Positions 1-10,104 of a DNA stretch of 64,000 nt are shown in pieces. The notes below the pieces were generated by a model, which saw only the letters and a program-made list of their open reading frames with translations, searched no databases and had not been told where the DNA came from. Source of the stretch: a virus; the IMG/VR virus record IMGVR_UViG_3300013014_000024, positions 33,695 to 97,694 of that record; one strand, given 5' to 3'. Position numbers and translations under genes: made by a program. Numbering within the stretch: position 1 is the first letter of the stretch; every line of letters starts with the position of its first letter.

Positions 1-1
1 T

Positions 2-730
2 AAGGTTGTAACAACTTCAACAAGTGATTTCTACCCATTAAGAGTGGAAAGTATGATACAATTAAAAGACTTTTTGTCTTTAATGGGTGAAGAAAGACCT
101 GTAATGTGTATTGGGATAGAAAATGTTTATAGTAAGGAGATTAATGAAAACATAAAAGAAATACTAACTGAGGATGTTTATGATAATATAACTAATAAAA
201 TAGTTCATGATATTATCTATCTCGTAAAATACCAAAGAAGTGGAGATTTTGAATTACCTTCGGATATAAGTGGGGGCGAATTTTATAAATTTGATAACTT
301 ACTAAATAATTTTAATATTGAATTATTTTTAAGAGAATCAGATAAAGTGGATACTTTTGATGCTGATGCGGACTATTATAGAGATGATGATGTAATACAG
401 ATAATGATAGTTACCAATCCCAATTCAAAAAATACAATACTACAAGACCTTGTTTATGAATTAAATGAATTGGTTAGACATGAACTTGAACATGTTAAAC
501 AACATGAATCAGGATATGAATTCCCTAAAAGTCCTAAATCTTCTCATAAATATTATGGTCAATCTCACGAATTGGAGGCACTTAGAGCCGGATTCAGAAA
601 GAGGGCAAAAAAAGAAAGAAAAGATTTGGAATTTGTTGTTAGAGACTGGTTTAAAAAAAACCAACACAAGTACACTATGAAACCAAAACAAACTGAAAAT
701 ATAATTAATAAAATATTGGGGAAAAACTAA
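2..730 (+). CDS. hypothetical protein with HExxH motif, 5' end outside the window
   Basis: Frame is open from position 2. HELEH zincin-like motif. Confidence 0.6.
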   Translation, partial: KVVTTSTSDFYPLRVESMIQLKDFLSLMGEERPVMCIGIENVYSKEINENIKEILTEDVYDNITNKIVHDIIYLVKYQRSGDFELPSDISGGEFYKFDNLLNNFNIELFLRESDKVDTFDADADYYRDDDVIQIMIVTNPNSKNTILQDLVYELNELVRHELEHVKQHESGYEFPKSPKSSHKYYGQSHELEALRAGFRKRAKKERKDLEFVVRDWFKKNQHKYTMKPKQTENIINKILGKN

Positions 731-732
731 AA

Positions 733-1473
733 ATGGAAGGTATATTTAATGGAGTTTCAAAGTATTTGAAAAGAAAAAAATGGATTTATGGTGGAACTCA
801 ATATGTGTTCAGAACCGTAGAACCAAGAGATTCATATATTAAATGTGAAATAGATTGTGTTTTACCTAAAGAAGGTCAATCATACACTGTATTAAAATTT
901 AGATATGATTTAGATACTATTATGGAAGACGTTCATGATATGTTCGGTGAAAAAATTGCTTATCAATCTGATTTTTTTGTTGATGGTAAAAAACCCGAAG
1001 ATGTTTATTTAAGTGAGGAAACAAAAAATAAAATAAGAACTGAACTTAAATCTTTGACTGGATTCAAAAGACAAATGTCTGGTAACAGTCCCATCAATAT
1101 TAAATTTTCTTGTGATACAAACGTATTTCCGGCTTTCAATAAAAAAACATATATGGAATCTGATAATATCAGCCTTCCTTTCTTTGTTGACATTTCCAAT
1201 TTAATTTATGATGATAGACATGTTACCTTGAAAGACTCTTTTACTTCCGAGGGTAAATCATGGATTGAATCTTTTATGTGGGACAATGATTTTGCCACAG
1301 ATGTTGCTGACATATTTTATACTGCATGCGAACCAGATTTTAAATTCTATGACACTGAATTATTCATAAATGCTTCAGGATACGTTAGAAAAATTGATGG
1401 AGTTGTTGCAGGTGATAAGTGGAGTAATTGGTGGGATGAGTCCAGAGTGCCTACTTTTTTTGAAGATATCTAA
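733..1473 (+). CDS. hypothetical protein
   Basis: 246-aa ORF directly following the previous gene. Confidence 0.7.
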   Translation: MEGIFNGVSKYLKRKKWIYGGTQYVFRTVEPRDSYIKCEIDCVLPKEGQSYTVLKFRYDLDTIMEDVHDMFGEKIAYQSDFFVDGKKPEDVYLSEETKNKIRTELKSLTGFKRQMSGNSPINIKFSCDTNVFPAFNKKTYMESDNISLPFFVDISNLIYDDRHVTLKDSFTSEGKSWIESFMWDNDFATDVADIFYTACEPDFKFYDTELFINASGYVRKIDGVVAGDKWSNWWDESRVPTFFEDI

Positions 1474-1476
1474 ATT

Positions 1477-2097
1477 TTACGATACTCTTTTGAGTATTTT
1501 GTTAATAACTTCAATCAAAATCTGTCCCGAAACTATAACAACACCAGAAGCTAATAATCTTTCAACTATCATTTCTGATGCTCCCAAAAAATTTTGTGTA
1601 CCGTGTGCTACGTTGATTAAATCTGTAACTAAAGGAAGTAAAAATGCGTATGAAATAATTTCTTGTACAGAACCTAATGTTAATGAAAGACCTTCTAAAA
1701 AAGAAACAAAAGAATTTTTTAATTTATCTGACTTTTCTAACACGGATTTAAAATAATCAGATAATCCTTCTTCTTTTATTTTGTTAATTATATTTGACAC
1801 ATTTCTTTTGTTATTGTAAAATGTAATTGATGCAATACCTGTTAAAATTAGAGCGATTTGGTCATCATTTAATTCAAATGAACCTTCTTTTAAATACCTG
1901 TCCAATGGAAGCAAAAATCCACCTATTGCAGTTCCCATAGTTAGTAAAAATCTTACATTAAGTCCATATTTTTTCTTAGAGATTGAAGCAATTTTATAAG
2001 TAAACGAATACATTTCTTTCATGTAGTTAGTTAACTTTGAATCTTTCTCTTCTTTAATGATAATTCTTAATTGTTCTTCAGTTATTAAATAATTCAT
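1477..2097 (-). CDS. hypothetical late protein (N-terminal LITEEQL motif, hydrophobic segments)
   Basis: ORF with TATTTAT just upstream of ATG 2097. Confidence 0.7.
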   Translation of the reverse strand: MNYLITEEQLRIIIKEEKDSKLTNYMKEMYSFTYKIASISKKKYGLNVRFLLTMGTAIGGFLLPLDRYLKEGSFELNDDQIALILTGIASITFYNNKRNVSNIINKIKEEGLSDYFKSVLEKSDKLKNSFVSFLEGLSLTLGSVQEIISYAFLLPLVTDLINVAHGTQNFLGASEMIVERLLASGVVIVSGQILIEVINKILKRVS

Positions 2098-2132
2098 ACA
2101 CAATAAATACTTAATAATATATATTTATTATC

Positions 2133-2735
2133 ATGATAAATCCAGAATTAAAAGAAGGTGACAGAATAGTCTGTTATTTAATGGAAGGTGAAATATCAGT
2201 TCCTCCAGGAACTAAAGGAACTGTAACGAAAATACAAAGGGACCCATATGATGAAAACGATAAGCTTATTAGCGTAAAGTGGGATAATGGGAGTACAATG
2301 TCATTAATATCCTCAGTAGACAAATGGAAACTAGTAAAACAAAAAATCCAAGAACAACCTAACAGAGAAGATGACCCTCACACTCACTTTATGGCTACAA
2401 ATAGAGAGTTAAGAAGGTCAATGGACTTACCTTATTTTCTTGAATATTTCAAATTATTACAAAAAAGTGGTATTACCAATATGTTTGGTTCGTCCCCTTT
2501 TGTTTATATGGATTCTGAACATTTGGATAGGTATTATGGTGAAAAAAGAGGAGATAATGAAGATTTTCAAAATCTCCTTGAGATTCAGGATGAGGCTAGA
2601 AGTAAATTTTTGAGCGGATTGGTTAAATTTGCTGAGTTAAAAAATATTGAGTTATCCGATGATTCAAAAATCAATTCATTGGCGAGAAAATTGGGTATTA
2701 GTTTGCTTCAATACTATATGACATTTTACCATTAA
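2133..2735 (+). CDS. DUF4314-like domain protein
   Basis: GDRI...PPGTKGTV...VKWDNGSTMSLI pattern. TATTTAT at 2122-2128. Confidence 0.6.
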   Translation: MINPELKEGDRIVCYLMEGEISVPPGTKGTVTKIQRDPYDENDKLISVKWDNGSTMSLISSVDKWKLVKQKIQEQPNREDDPHTHFMATNRELRRSMDLPYFLEYFKLLQKSGITNMFGSSPFVYMDSEHLDRYYGEKRGDNEDFQNLLEIQDEARSKFLSGLVKFAELKNIELSDDSKINSLARKLGISLLQYYMTFYH

Positions 2736-2989
2736 AGTTGTTCTACATCCAAATCCTTATCTTCCCACTCATAAATACTATTCTGTGTTTCTAAAATATT
2801 GAATTGTACGTATTCTTCCATTTCTTCCATCAAAGATATTAATTTTTTTCTTTTATCATGAAACTCTTCATCTTTGATTTCTTCAAAATGACTATAGTGT
2901 TTGAAGCAATATTCAATACCTTCATTTTCCATTCTATATCTAACGGCTTTCCAATTATCTAATTGTTCTTCTAATTGTTCTATTTTCAT
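2732..2989 (-). CDS. hypothetical protein
   Basis: 85-aa ORF at the end of a minus-strand operon. Confidence 0.6.
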   Translation of the reverse strand: MKIEQLEEQLDNWKAVRYRMENEGIEYCFKHYSHFEEIKDEEFHDKRKKLISLMEEMEEYVQFNILETQNSIYEWEDKDLDVEQL

Positions 2990-2994
2990 AATTT

Positions 2995-4125
2995 TTAATT
3001 TGATAAAGGTGCTTTAATACTTGGATGTGATTCGTAACCTATCAATTCAAAACAATCCGGTCTATAACTCATTATTTTTTCATTGAATTTTTTTTCACCC
3101 AAGTGTTCCTTAACTGATTCGTGCATGTACCAATTTCTTTCAGTAATTTTTACTTTAGGTAATTCGTATGGGGTCCTAAGAATTTGTTCTTTTGCTTGTT
3201 CGATATGATTCGAATATAAATGAACATCTCCTAAGTTACCAATCAATTCATCGGGAACCATGTTTACTTCTTTAGCAATAATCTCTAGTAGTAAACCGTA
3301 GGATGCTATGTTAAATGGTAAACCTAAAAATGTATCTACTGAGCGTTGATTCCACATTAATGAGATTGCTCGTTTAGGAATAGTGTTATCCATATCAACT
3401 GTCTCCTTTATCATATTCCATCCTATGCCGCCTCTATTTTCATAGTCGTACCCTGCAAGAATGATTCTTTCTTTCTCACTCAACTCTCTTGTATAAACTT
3501 GAAATCCATAATGACAAGGCGGTAATACCATTTGGTCTAACTCACCTACATTCCAAGCACTAACCATTAATCTTCTACTATCAGGATTTGTTTTGAGTTC
3601 GTTGATTAGGTTTGCGATTTGGTCTACCTTTCCATTTACGTAAGCAATTTGTTCTCCATTTGTAAACTTATCTGTGAACTTCCAACTTCTCCATTGCTTA
3701 CCATAAATTGGACCTAATTCACCCCACTTCTTAGCAAACTTATCATCGGTTTTAATTTTATTTATGAATTCTTCTTTAGTCATTTTCCTTACTTCAATAT
3801 CACTACCTTCATATTTAAATGTTTTTTCTACATTGGGGTAAGCATTGCAATAATTCTTATAAGCATCACCATCCCAAATATGACAACCATTATCAACAAG
3901 GAATTTGATATTAGTATCTCCTCTCAAGAACCATAACAATTCAGTCACCATAGTTTTCCAAGCCATCTTCTTTGTGGTTAGTAATGGAAAACCTTCACTC
4001 ATTTTATGACGGATTTGTCTTCCGAATACTGATATAGTACCAGTTCCTGTCCTATCTGTTTTTTCAACACCCCAATGAAGAATGTCTTCAAGTAATGCTT
4101 GATATCTTGCGTCTAAATTATTCAT
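2995..4125 (-). CDS. thyA: thymidylate synthase
   Basis: DRTGTGT, FPLLTTKK, LPPCH (catalytic Cys), QRSVDTFLGLPFNIASY, GDVHLY motifs. Confidence 0.97.
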   Translation of the reverse strand: MNNLDARYQALLEDILHWGVEKTDRTGTGTISVFGRQIRHKMSEGFPLLTTKKMAWKTMVTELLWFLRGDTNIKFLVDNGCHIWDGDAYKNYCNAYPNVEKTFKYEGSDIEVRKMTKEEFINKIKTDDKFAKKWGELGPIYGKQWRSWKFTDKFTNGEQIAYVNGKVDQIANLINELKTNPDSRRLMVSAWNVGELDQMVLPPCHYGFQVYTRELSEKERIILAGYDYENRGGIGWNMIKETVDMDNTIPKRAISLMWNQRSVDTFLGLPFNIASYGLLLEIIAKEVNMVPDELIGNLGDVHLYSNHIEQAKEQILRTPYELPKVKITERNWYMHESVKEHLGEKKFNEKIMSYRPDCFELIGYESHPSIKAPLSN

Positions 4126-4131
4126 AACTTC

Positions 4132-4902
4132 TTATTGTTTTTTTTTAAAAAAACTTTTTAATAAAGATAATTCTTTTTTTCCATCTGACAAACCAAAATA
4201 GTTAGTTTTTCTACCATTCCAATTTTTACCCATTTCATTAATTGTAGAATTTTCTGAATCTAAATGAACGCCAATTATTTCGGGTATCAACCCTCTATCT
4301 TTTCTTGCCCATTTTTTGGCGAAAAGAACATCGGTTCTATCCGCAGCTCCGTGAAATTCGGGGTATAAGTATATTCCCGAAGCTTTAGGATTCCACATTT
4401 GAAAAAACCCAATTGGTTCATACCCTTCAGACATATATTCTCCAATCCTAACACCTATTGGAAATGCGGTAGGATGAATATAAACCCAACCCGTATGAGT
4501 TTGTCTTGGACAAGAAATGAACTTAATCCATTCTTCAAAATTTGGACACATCATACGGTCTATTCCGTATATATTTTTTGGCTCCAAAGATATTCTTTCT
4601 AAGATTCCTCTGGTTAATGGAGGTAAGTACATATCAGCATCCAAATGAATTACCCAATCTTTTCTTGATAATTTATTTAGTCCGGCATTAATACCTTTAG
4701 CCTTATTAAATGAGTCACCATTTTTAGTGAATTCATCGGTTACCAAACATTCAACATTGTAATACTCACATAAATTTTTAGTTTTTTCGTCTTCAGGTGA
4801 AGTAACAACAATTAAATGATTAAATAATGGCTTGTTAAATGGTAATGTGTGTGATAAAAAATCACTGTAATTTACACACACTATAATTCCTTCTAAATAC
4901 AT
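4132..4902 (-). CDS. GT-A fold glycosyltransferase (GT2-like)
   Basis: FNKAKGINAG...WVIHLDAD (DxD) pattern. Confidence 0.7.
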   Translation of the reverse strand: MYLEGIIVCVNYSDFLSHTLPFNKPLFNHLIVVTSPEDEKTKNLCEYYNVECLVTDEFTKNGDSFNKAKGINAGLNKLSRKDWVIHLDADMYLPPLTRGILERISLEPKNIYGIDRMMCPNFEEWIKFISCPRQTHTGWVYIHPTAFPIGVRIGEYMSEGYEPIGFFQMWNPKASGIYLYPEFHGAADRTDVLFAKKWARKDRGLIPEIIGVHLDSENSTINEMGKNWNGRKTNYFGLSDGKKELSLLKSFFKKKQ

Positions 4903-4963
4903 AAAATATTGGTTTAATTAATCATAAATAGGGTAGGAATTTAACTCAAATATTAATTTATTA

Positions 4964-5209
4964 TCAATAAATCCCCGCCCTTTTTTCCCAATCTTCCATG
5001 AATAGAGTTAATGCTTTATTTGGTCTACAAGTGTGAGCGTGCTCATGTAGTAATGATTGAAATGTTTCTTTCAGTTGAGTAAACTCTCCATCGGAACTTT
5101 TTTTCCCAATATTGTAGGATTCTTCAAGTGCAACTAAAATTGAGCCTTCATCCAAGAAAGAATTATGGGTCTGATGTTTTTTTAATAATTTTTTAAAATC
5201 TGGTTTCAT
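4964..5209 (-). CDS. hypothetical protein
   Basis: ATG overlaps the stop of the RNA ligase. Confidence 0.55.
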   Translation of the reverse strand: MKPDFKKLLKKHQTHNSFLDEGSILVALEESYNIGKKSSDGEFTQLKETFQSLLHEHAHTCRPNKALTLFMEDWEKRAGIY

Positions 5210-6330
5210 TCTGTTTCTTTTTGCCAAAACGGTTTAGAGTATTTAGGTTTTATTAACTTAAAAATTAATTCATTTACTTTATCTCTCTTACCATCCCACA
5301 TTGCAAACATAATTGCATGTAGGTTAGGGTCAACAACTTTTTTAAGATGTTCCGCAAATTCTTTTTTAGAAGGCTCAGGGTCAACGTCACTATACTTACC
5401 ATATCTAAAATAATCGTGGGCTTTCCCACAATATTCAGAGACACTAAAATGACCATATTTCAAAGCACTTACCTGTTCTTTAACCCATTTATCAAATTCA
5501 TCAGGAACTTTTTCTACCAATTCCATAACGTCTTTACCATCCTTCAAATATTCCCAAATATCATAGGTAGAAAATCCAGTTAATATTCTATGTAATCTAA
5601 CATATTCTTCTCCCTTGATTTTCATTCTAACACCATTTTCAAATTTGATAACAAATCCTTCCGCGTTTTGCAAAATTTTGGACTTTAATTCGGAATAATC
5701 CCGAACTCCATCATATTTTTTAACAACTTTGAATCCCAAGTTATTATATAGGTTTCTGAATCTTATTCCTTCAAGATGAATATTATCATCGTGTATTCTT
5801 AATTCATAACCATCTTTATTATCCACAACAGCAAGAAGTATCAAATCTTCAAAATCATATTCGCAAACTATTCTATTTTCAGGATAGATTATTTCAAATA
5901 GATAGGTAAATCCTTTGATTAATTTTTCATATCTATATTTTTTAAGTATTTCCATACCTCTGATTGCTTGTTTAGAAGTGAAAGAACCCTTGGTTGCCAA
6001 TATCCATTCGTTATTGTAATTAAACAATATACCCAAAGACCCATCCATCTTTTCAAATACTTCAAAAGGTTCATTTGGTATTTTGGACTCAACCCATTTA
6101 TTACCAACCAACTCCTCATAGTTAAAGAACTTATCAAAAGCCTTTGCCACAACGTTTCCCTCATTATCTAAAACGAGTCCACGAGTTTTCAAAGTTATAT
6201 CATCCCACTTTCCTTCGTATTGAGTTTTACGAGAGTAGTTGTAGATTGATATAGGTAAAGATGGGTGGTCATTTCTTTCCACCCATCCATCTTTGACATA
6301 TTGGTTCAATATTTCTAAATCAAATTTCAT
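5206..6330 (-). CDS. rnlA: RNA ligase, T4 Rnl1 family
   Basis: RGLV, KFFN, motif I EKMDGSLG, FEIIYP, EGFV, KIKGEEY. Confidence 0.9.
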   Translation of the reverse strand: MKFDLEILNQYVKDGWVERNDHPSLPISIYNYSRKTQYEGKWDDITLKTRGLVLDNEGNVVAKAFDKFFNYEELVGNKWVESKIPNEPFEVFEKMDGSLGILFNYNNEWILATKGSFTSKQAIRGMEILKKYRYEKLIKGFTYLFEIIYPENRIVCEYDFEDLILLAVVDNKDGYELRIHDDNIHLEGIRFRNLYNNLGFKVVKKYDGVRDYSELKSKILQNAEGFVIKFENGVRMKIKGEEYVRLHRILTGFSTYDIWEYLKDGKDVMELVEKVPDEFDKWVKEQVSALKYGHFSVSEYCGKAHDYFRYGKYSDVDPEPSKKEFAEHLKKVVDPNLHAIMFAMWDGKRDKVNELIFKLIKPKYSKPFWQKETE

Positions 6331-6536
6331 TATCTTTTTATCTCCATATTGGTGTTAGAAATTGGCAACCTAAATACAGGAAAATTCTTGTCTTCAAATT
6401 CATCTTTTTGCATTACCTCATAAAACCCTTCTTCTCGCACTTTAACGGTAGGAACGTCATTGTAATTCTTTATCAATCCGTCTTCAAAGGTAATCTCTAC
6501 GGTCTTTGTCGTTGTGTTAAATACTAATTTTTGCAT
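6330..6536 (-). CDS. hypothetical protein
   Basis: Small ORF in operon. Confidence 0.55.
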   Translation of the reverse strand: MQKLVFNTTTKTVEITFEDGLIKNYNDVPTVKVREEGFYEVMQKDEFEDKNFPVFRLPISNTNMEIKR

Positions 6537-6547
6537 ATGTGTTTGTT

Positions 6548-6778
6548 TTAAATTTCTTCATATCTTATTGTTGCATCACCGGCAACGTGGTCAAAACTAA
6601 CCCATCGCGTAAATCCTTCATGTTTGGGTAATAAATGATGTTCTCTGTGTCCGCAAGAAACACATTCTCTAACAGGAACCCTTACACAATCTCTCCCTAA
6701 AGGATGATTTGTAACTTTATGTTTTTCTCTTTTATATTTCCAAAAATGTAATCCAAAAAAACAAAAAAATCTCTTCAT
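6548..6778 (-). CDS. small Cys/His protein (CFFGLHFW...CVSCG)
   Basis: DUF1660-like N-terminus plus CxxC. Confidence 0.55.
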   Translation of the reverse strand: MKRFFCFFGLHFWKYKREKHKVTNHPLGRDCVRVPVRECVSCGHREHHLLPKHEGFTRWVSFDHVAGDATIRYEEI

Positions 6779-6780
6779 TG

Positions 6781-7227
6781 TTAAAGTTTAATTTCAAAAC
6801 GATTTTTCATTATTTCCAATTTGTCTTCAGGAACCCCATGAACATTCTTACCACCGTGACGATTTTCAACAATCAAAGATACAACTTTATAGTTATACTT
6901 TTCAGCCAATTTATAATAATCTTCCATTTCCCATTCTTGGGTAAAGGTATTTGAAACCGCAATTTCAGGGTAATACTGTTCATTGAGTTGGTGGTCTCCC
7001 ATCATAGTCTCAACTTTATTCTTACACCAAGCATGAGCATCTTTAATCTTTGAGGGGTCAAAATTATAATTCCCTTCTTTATCATAAAAATATTGGTCTG
7101 CCTCCACAACAGCATACTCGTTCCAAATGTGTATTGCAAAAGATGTTTTACCTGACCCTAGTTACGGAACCCCTCTAATCAGGAATAAAATTCCTGTAGA
7201 GGGGTTCTTAATTTTTTCATTATTCAT
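6781..7227 (-). CDS. P-loop polynucleotide kinase-like (AAA_33) protein with in-frame TAA at codon 22 (candidate recoded gene or pseudogene)
   Basis: ATG 7227 reads MNNEKIKNPSTGILFLIRGVP-TAA-CTA-GSGKTSFA...EADQYF...AHAWC...VSNTF...NVHGVP. Removing 6 nt restores Walker A GVPGSGKT. Confidence 0.8.
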
Positions 7228-7296
7228 AATATTTATTGTTAGAGGTTTTCCTGACTATGAATACAAAAATAGTAATTAATTTATTAAAATCAAAAT

Positions 7297-8187
7297 ATGT
7301 TTTATAGAAATTGTCCTTCTTGTAATAATGTTATAGAATATAAATCAAAATATACTCACGAAAAAGGTTTAAAATCAAACACTGAATGTAAAAAATGTTA
7401 CCTTAAAAAAATAATTACACCAGAAAGAAGAAAAAAGATGTCTGAAAATATGAAAGGGGATAAAAATCCAATGTTTGGTAAAACTGGTGAAAAAAATCCT
7501 TTTTTTGGTAAAAATCATACCGAAGAAACTAAGAAAAAAATGAATAGTAATAAGGATTATTCGGTATACAAAACCGATGAATTCAGAAATAAAATGTCAA
7601 AAACAACCAAAGGAAATAAAAATCCTATGTACGGAAAAAACTTCTATCAAGTATGGGTTGAAAACTTTGGAGAAACAATTGCGAACGAAAAATTAGCTCA
7701 ATTCAAACTAAAGGTATCAACTAATTCTTCAGGAAATAGAAATCCTATGTATGGAAAAATAACTCCACAAGGTTCTGGAAATGGATGGAGTGGATGGTAT
7801 AATGGATGGTTTTTTAGAAGTATTAAAGAATTAACTTATATGATAAAAATCATAGAGAGATTTAACTTATCCTGGAAAACCGCCGAAAGTTCGGAGTATT
7901 CAATTAACTATATGTTTAACAATAGTTCAAGAACTTACCATCCTGACTTTGTCATTAACAATAAATATTTGGTTGAAATTAAACCCAAAAGACTATGGAA
8001 TAGTCTTTTGGTTAATCAAAAAACAATCGCGGCAAAATTGTTTTGTGAAAAAAATGGGTTGATATACAAACTTGTAGATATTACTTCAATAGATGAAAAA
8101 TTGATAATTGAATTATATAATTCAAAAAAAATAAAATTTACAGAACGATATGAAAAAAAATTTCGTGAACGTTTTTTAACAAAATAA
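7297..8187 (+). mobile_element. free-standing homing endonuclease (Zn ribbon, NUMOD3-like repeats, TnsA-like PD-(D/E)xK domain)
   Basis: Repeated KNPMFGK/KNPMYGK and HTEETKKKM. YHPDF...VEIKP catalytic motif. Inserted against the direction of the surrounding operon. Confidence 0.8.
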
Positions 8188-8195
8188 TATTCCGC

Positions 8196-8441
8196 TCATT
8201 TGTAATAATTTTTTATTTTTCTAAAATTAATCTCAACTAACTTTCCGTCGGGTCTTATTGACCCATAGTGCAAACTACTATCTTCTTCAACCCTAACTAC
8301 AACATCGTAGGTTAGGACTTGATTAAATCCATTTTTGTTAGACTCGATTGTATCTATAACAACATATTCATTTTTTTCTAAAACTGCCTCAGAGCAACTT
8401 GTAAAAAAGATAAGACCTAAAATACATAAAAATTTATTCAT
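8196..8441 (-). CDS. putative lipoprotein
   Basis: Signal peptide ending FTSC. Confidence 0.55.
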   Translation of the reverse strand: MNKFLCILGLIFFTSCSEAVLEKNEYVVIDTIESNKNGFNQVLTYDVVVRVEEDSSLHYGSIRPDGKLVEINFRKIKNYYK

Positions 8442-8452
8442 AATTACTTTTT

Positions 8453-8647
8453 TTAATATCCTTTTTGAATAGTTAATCCGTATGTAAAGTTAAGAAAAGA
8501 AATTTGAATTACAAAAGCCGGAGAGGTAACTCCTGTCTCAAGAAAATAATCTTTAAAATACAACATTGAAACACAGGGTATTATCCAATACATTCCTTTA
8601 ATTTTTCTAATTCTATTACTTGCTATAAACCATTTTTTCATCACCAA
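8453..8647 (-). CDS. hypothetical membrane protein
   Basis: Small hydrophobic ORF in operon. Confidence 0.5.
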   Translation of the reverse strand: MVMKKWFIASNRIRKIKGMYWIIPCVSMLYFKDYFLETGVTSPAFVIQISFLNFTYGLTIQKGY

Positions 8648-8832
8648 GTTTCTATTTCTGTTAAATCTAATTTTTTATTCGGAACCAAACTACATTCTAC
8701 TGTAACCACATCACCGATACCTGTTGGTCTAAAACAATACGTGTAAGAACCATATTCACCATAAATGGTTTTAATGGCTTCATTCCATTCTTTCAATTTA
8801 GACATTTGAGTTTCAGATAATTCAAATTTCAT
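8641..8832 (-). CDS. hypothetical protein
   Basis: YTYCFRPTGIG pattern seen in small phage proteins. Confidence 0.6.
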   Translation of the reverse strand: MKFELSETQMSKLKEWNEAIKTIYGEYGSYTYCFRPTGIGDVVTVECSLVPNKKLDLTEIETW

Positions 8833-8850
8833 CTTAATGTTTTTTTATGT

Positions 8851-9045
8851 TTATAACTCAATATAATATTCAATATCAGATATTATTGTTTTATCTATTG
8901 GATATATTGCAACTTCTCTAAAATTAAGACTTTCTTTTTGATAAATCAAAAAATGGTAACATCCATTACTAATTTTAAATTCTTCCGCAATAACTTCTTT
9001 AATTGGCCATTGAGACCCCATTACTTCAATATGGTATTTATTCAT
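8851..9045 (-). CDS. hypothetical protein
   Basis: Small ORF in operon. Confidence 0.5.
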   Translation of the reverse strand: MNKYHIEVMGSQWPIKEVIAEEFKISNGCYHFLIYQKESLNFREVAIYPIDKTIISDIEYYIEL

Positions 9046-9413
9046 AATTTTTGTTTTACTATTTCAATCAACTTTTTTAAGCAAGCAAGTTCTGCTTGTT
9101 CGTAGGTTTCATACTCATCAATACTAAAATTTTCAACTGATGAATATACAATGGCAACATATTTTTTATTATGTTGAATTGTTGAATCAAACTTATACTT
9201 CTCTCTAAACCATCTAAATGCTTGTTGGTATAGTGGTGCTTTTGTATTTTTTGCGGGTATAATTGAATTTCCAACCCATTTCCATCCATTTTCAGACGTT
9301 GAAGGGAAAGTTATGGTTAAATTATTATCTTCATAATACCCAAAGCATGGTTCATCAAACCCTAAACCTTTAAGAGATAATGATTGTTCGTATGGGACAA
9401 ATTCTTTATCCAT
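9042..9413 (-). CDS. hypothetical phage protein
   Basis: KEFVPYE...LGFDEPC...APLYQQAFRWFR...YEQAELACL pattern. Confidence 0.65.
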   Translation of the reverse strand: MDKEFVPYEQSLSLKGLGFDEPCFGYYEDNNLTITFPSTSENGWKWVGNSIIPAKNTKAPLYQQAFRWFREKYKFDSTIQHNKKYVAIVYSSVENFSIDEYETYEQAELACLKKLIEIVKQKL

Positions 9414-9418
9414 TTTTA

Positions 9419-10087
9419 TTATTTTGAGTTTAACAATCTTTCAACATGGTGGTCTTCTGGCATTTCAGACAATTTTTCTCTATGTCTCAACAAAGGAACA
9501 ACTTCTCTATACACATTATAAGGTCTGAACTCAGGATGACCATCCATACCCACGTCCATTCTTTGTCCCCTACCAAACCTCATATGAGTTGGCAAATGGC
9601 AGTGTCCGTGTAAGTGCATTACACCCTTATTAAGACCATCCCAAGAACTTATGGGATAATGCATCAAACGGAACTTAAATTGTCCCATTTCAAGTGTATT
9701 GTAGTGTGAAACGGATTTAAACAAACCCTGGCTACCTTGCCTATTGTTTTCTATGTGGTGGTCGTGGTTCCCCAATACCAAATGTATGTTCTTACATACC
9801 AATCTATCCCAAAATTCACGTATTTGCTCAAATCCACCGAAAGACCAGTCACCAAGATGTATCAATATATCATCTTGTTCAACAACTTCATTTATGTTAT
9901 TGACTATGGCGGCATTCATTTTTTCTACAGTAGCAAAATCACGAGTTTGAGATATGGGAACTTGTCCGTCTTGAGTTCTCCAAGCGGTTGTACCACGACA
10001 TATGTTATTATGGGAAAAGTGAGTATCGGAGGTTATCCATACATTAACTTCTGGTACATTTTTTGTATCTACAGGTATCTTTATCAT
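9419..10087 (-). CDS. calcineurin-like metallophosphoesterase
   Basis: SDTHFSH, HLGD, GNHD, HGHCH motifs. Confidence 0.9.
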   Translation of the reverse strand: MIKIPVDTKNVPEVNVWITSDTHFSHNNICRGTTAWRTQDGQVPISQTRDFATVEKMNAAIVNNINEVVEQDDILIHLGDWSFGGFEQIREFWDRLVCKNIHLVLGNHDHHIENNRQGSQGLFKSVSHYNTLEMGQFKFRLMHYPISSWDGLNKGVMHLHGHCHLPTHMRFGRGQRMDVGMDGHPEFRPYNVYREVVPLLRHREKLSEMPEDHHVERLLNSK

Positions 10088-10104
10088 GACACAAAGATAA
10101 AAAA

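Noticed and set aside
2995-4125. Intron or intein in thyA, terminase or capsid genes
   Set aside because: Frames are continuous and no intein or intron motifs were seen. The extra length is short insertions.
7159-7164. Genome-wide stop-codon reassignment as the explanation for the in-frame TAA
   Set aside because: TAA ends most genes, all other conserved genes are open in code 11, and readthrough would break Walker A spacing.
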